A DNA stretch of 64,000 nucleotides, taken from NCBI RefSeq assembly GCF_040938485.1, contig NW_027271202.1, positions 1,364,001 through 1,428,000 on the forward strand, written 5' to 3'. Source of the stretch: Diadema antillarum (lineage: Eukaryota). The notes under the pieces are model-generated. The model made no database searches. It had not been told where the DNA came from and saw only the letters and a list, made by a program, of their open reading frames with translations. Positions within the stretch are counted from its first letter, which is position 1, and each line of letters begins with the position of its first letter. This document shows, piece by piece, positions 61,045 to 64,000 of the stretch. Position numbers and translations under genes: made by a program.

Positions 61045-61998
61045 TTTGTGTGGACGATGACTCATTATGGAGTTACAAATATACGCACTAAAGAACTCGT
61101 GTACAGTACGTGTTAATACTATACGTTACCGCACCGCGCGCGAAGCTGACGCGCAAACAGTAGACATTCCCGATCCCTGCTTTGCTTTCTGACCGAATCG
61201 CGGAGATACACGTACATTGCGCATAATGTTCAGCGTTTACCGGTATTATACCGTACGCGGTACCGTAAATTGTATATGATGCATAATATTATGTGTGTTT
61301 ATAAAATGGGTTCAAGAATGTAGCCAATTGGAAGCGCTGAAATGAGTCACGTGTGCGTGCATTATTTTCTTCAGGTAAGCACTAAGAAGAGTCTCTCTTC
61401 CACCTCCCTGGCCTGACGTACGTCACAATGTTTTACACTAGCAGTGCGCACTCAATCAGTTGTTACAAGTGCGTCACGCGCTACTATACGCGCTGTCAAT
61501 CCTGTAAACAACTTCTAGTTCGGGCCGCGGGCTGCCACAACAGCCGGCGGCCTTTCTTGTGCATAACAGTACGTGGCGTACGTACGTACAGTACTTAGTG
61601 TGCGGGATTTCCGAGTGCGACGTGCGTAAATGTTTGGGACGAACATCTTCGGACATCTTGACTTTTGAGCAAGTGCTACATGTAGCTGACTGGTATTGAC
61701 CCTCAAAGGTACGTGAATAATGCTGTTAGTTTTCGACCCATTTTATAAAACTAATGATGCACAGGATTATTTCGTGGCGTTAGTGAAGGTGCGGCTCACT
61801 CTCGAGTATTGACAACGGTTGCAAACATGCACTCGGCTGCGCCTCGTGCATGTCGCACCATTGTCAATGCAATACTCTCGAGCGCGCCGCACCTTCACTA
61901 ACACACTCTATCTTGTGCATCATTAGTATAACAATGCATGCTGCGCTGCAGCCTATTATAGGCACATTGCATGCTAAGTTAGTGGTATCAACTACCAA

Positions 61999-63225
61999 CA
62001 GTGGCCATGGTGGCGTATCTAGGGGGGGGGGGGCAAGGGGGGCACGTTAAAAAAAACGAGAAAAAGAAGAAGAAGAAAAAAACCGACGAAGAAAAAGAAG
62101 AAGAAGAAAAAACCCTCGCGCGGACGGGGGGAAGGAGAATGGGGGGGGGGGGGTGGGGGTGGGGGGGGGGGGGCAGAAAACCAAATCAAACAAGATGAAA
62201 ACAAAACATTAATCCCATGTTTTGCTCGCTGCGCCCGCTCGCCAAAATTTATCAAAAAAAAAATAAGAAGAATAAAACGTAATGATGACGTGGAAATATA
62301 AAAATTTCGGCTCACTCACTCGTAGTAATTTAGAGTATTTTTCCAAGTCCTTAGTTTGTTGGCATAAATCTTAATCTATGAAGCCGTCACTATATCTTGA
62401 TTAGAATTGTAAGATTTAATAACCAGAAAATGACAAGAATTCCATGTTTTGCAAGGTGAAATACAAAAATTGTCGGCTCGCTCGCTGCGCTCGCTCGCCA
62501 AAATTTATCAAAATTTATCAGATCTTATATCACCCTCAAAAAAAAAAACCTTTTAAGTGCTCGAAAAGCATATCAAGTGGACTTTTTTAAAGTCCCTACC
62601 GGGATGGGATTGGACACTGCTGGTGTAAATCGTTATCTATAAGACCGTCACTATATCTTGACTAGAATTGTCATTCGAAGATTTGATAACCAAAAATGAC
62701 AAGAATTTCATGTTTTGTAAGCTGAAATACAAAAATTTTCGGCTCGCTCGCTGCACTCGCTCGCCCAAATTCTTCAATATCTATTACATTTAAATCACCC
62801 TCAAAAGACCCCTTCTAAGTGCTTGAAAAAGCATATCATGTGGACTTTTGTTAAGTCCCTACCGGGATGGGGTTGGACACTGTTGGTATAAATCGTTATC
62901 AATAAGGCCGTCACTATAGTTAGAATTGTAATTCGAAGATTTAATAACCAAAAATGACAAGAATTCCATGTTATGTATAAAGCTGAAATATAAAAATTTT
63001 CGGCTAGCTTGCTGCGCTCGCTCGCCAAAATATATCAAAATTTAGGGTTGCCTATTACATTTAAATCACCCTCAAAAGACCCCTCTTAAGTGCTTCAAAA
63101 AGCATATCATGAGGACTTTTTTTAAGTCCCTACCGGGATGGGGTTGGGGTTGAACACTTTTTCAGAAATTAGGGGCGCAATTTTCGCGCTTGCCCCGGGC
63201 GCCGTTTTCCCTAGATACGCCACTG
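61999..63225. mobile_element. 1.2-kb non-autonomous hAT element with 8-bp TSD ACTACCAA and internal ~265-bp tandem repeats
   Basis: ACTACCAA at 61991-61998 and 63226-63233. The TIR is CAGTGGCGTATCTAGGG, and the left copy carries a 9-bp insertion. AAATGACAAGAATT recurs at about 62427, 62694 and 62953. Confidence 0.85.
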
Positions 63226-64000
63226 ACTACCAAGTACAGTCAGTATAGTAGCCTACTGGAAGCAGCAAGCTCTGGAAGCTCTGGGAGTAGCAAGTTACTT
63301 GCTACTCAATGTAATTAGTAATAGCACATGGACTTGGTAATCTTTAGTAATAGTAGATATGAATTTTTTCAATGACTGAAAGTTAAAACTGAAAGATAAC
63401 TGAGTGTGAGTCTACAAATTGTGGTTGGATGACTTTATTGCGCCTAAAATTCACTAGATATCTAGGTCTAGGAACATTGGCGTAACTACGGGGGACATGG
63501 GGGGCACGTGCCCCCCCCCCCCAATCCGCTGGTTAAAAAAAAGAAAAAATAAGAAAAAAAGAAAAAAACAAGGGAAAAAAAGAAAAAAAAACCTACGAAA
63601 ATGGTAATTCAAGGGTTAGTAAACTGCTTTTGAAATCGACATGAAAGAATGATCAAGAAAAAAAGATATTTTTCTAAGATTTCTTTTAACCATAACAAAG
63701 AGGTATAACATTGTTCAAAATTGTTCAGAATATCGGAATGGCAAAAAGAGTCGCTGCAATGTTGCGCAATGTGATGTTTGATAGGTTGTACACATTAATG
63801 CTATCAAAACTTGATCATTGATTATGCAGTGTTGCTATACATACTAGTCTATATTAAAATGCCTTGCATTGCCAATAATAAGACTTGACCTAGGCTATTT
63901 CCTAACTTTTCCATCTATATGAAACACACACACTCACGAACACAAACAAATTAGGGGATGCTCTATATAAAGTACAGATTTTGGACATCCTTCTCCCGCT

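Noticed and set aside
58110-61091. Many long Cys/Val/Trp/Thr-rich ORFs (up to 388 aa) on both strands
   Set aside because: They are translations of the 11-bp GTACCACAGGA repeat, which is stop-poor in several frames. There is no domain, and they lie inside an ABCF1 intron.

Overview
AT-rich, intron-containing animal genomic DNA from a gapped scaffold with 4 N-runs. The repeat landscape looks echinoid (sea-urchin-like); that assignment is inference. Five protein-coding genes were reconstructed by hand from splice sites and frames. (1) A PIP5KL1-like PIP kinase (- strand, runs off the left end). (2) A complete 4-exon DPM2 (-). (3) A complete cation-dependent mannose-6-phosphate-receptor/ATG27-like type I membrane protein (+). 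(4) An uncharacterised, largely low-complexity protein of about 713 aa (+). (5) The last five exons of ABCF1 (-, runs off the right end). The rest is dense in transposon material: MITEs with TA, TTAA, CAG, 5-bp and 8-bp target duplications, a young 5'-truncated L2 LINE with an intact RT ORF, tRNA-derived SINEs, a 2.8-kb GTACCAC-array foldback element, a ~185-bp satellite, and a RecQ-like helicase fragment. Three signals stand out. First, a perfect 162-bp-arm palindrome of a tRNA-Arg-like head with Penelope-like insertion geometry. Second, a Penelope-type minimal hammerhead with a compensatory U3-A8 core. Third, DPM2-PIP5KL1 adjacency matching human 9q34, together with the MHC-region gene ABCF1. 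No prokaryotic features or CRISPR arrays are present. No database searches were run, so all family calls rest on motif recognition.
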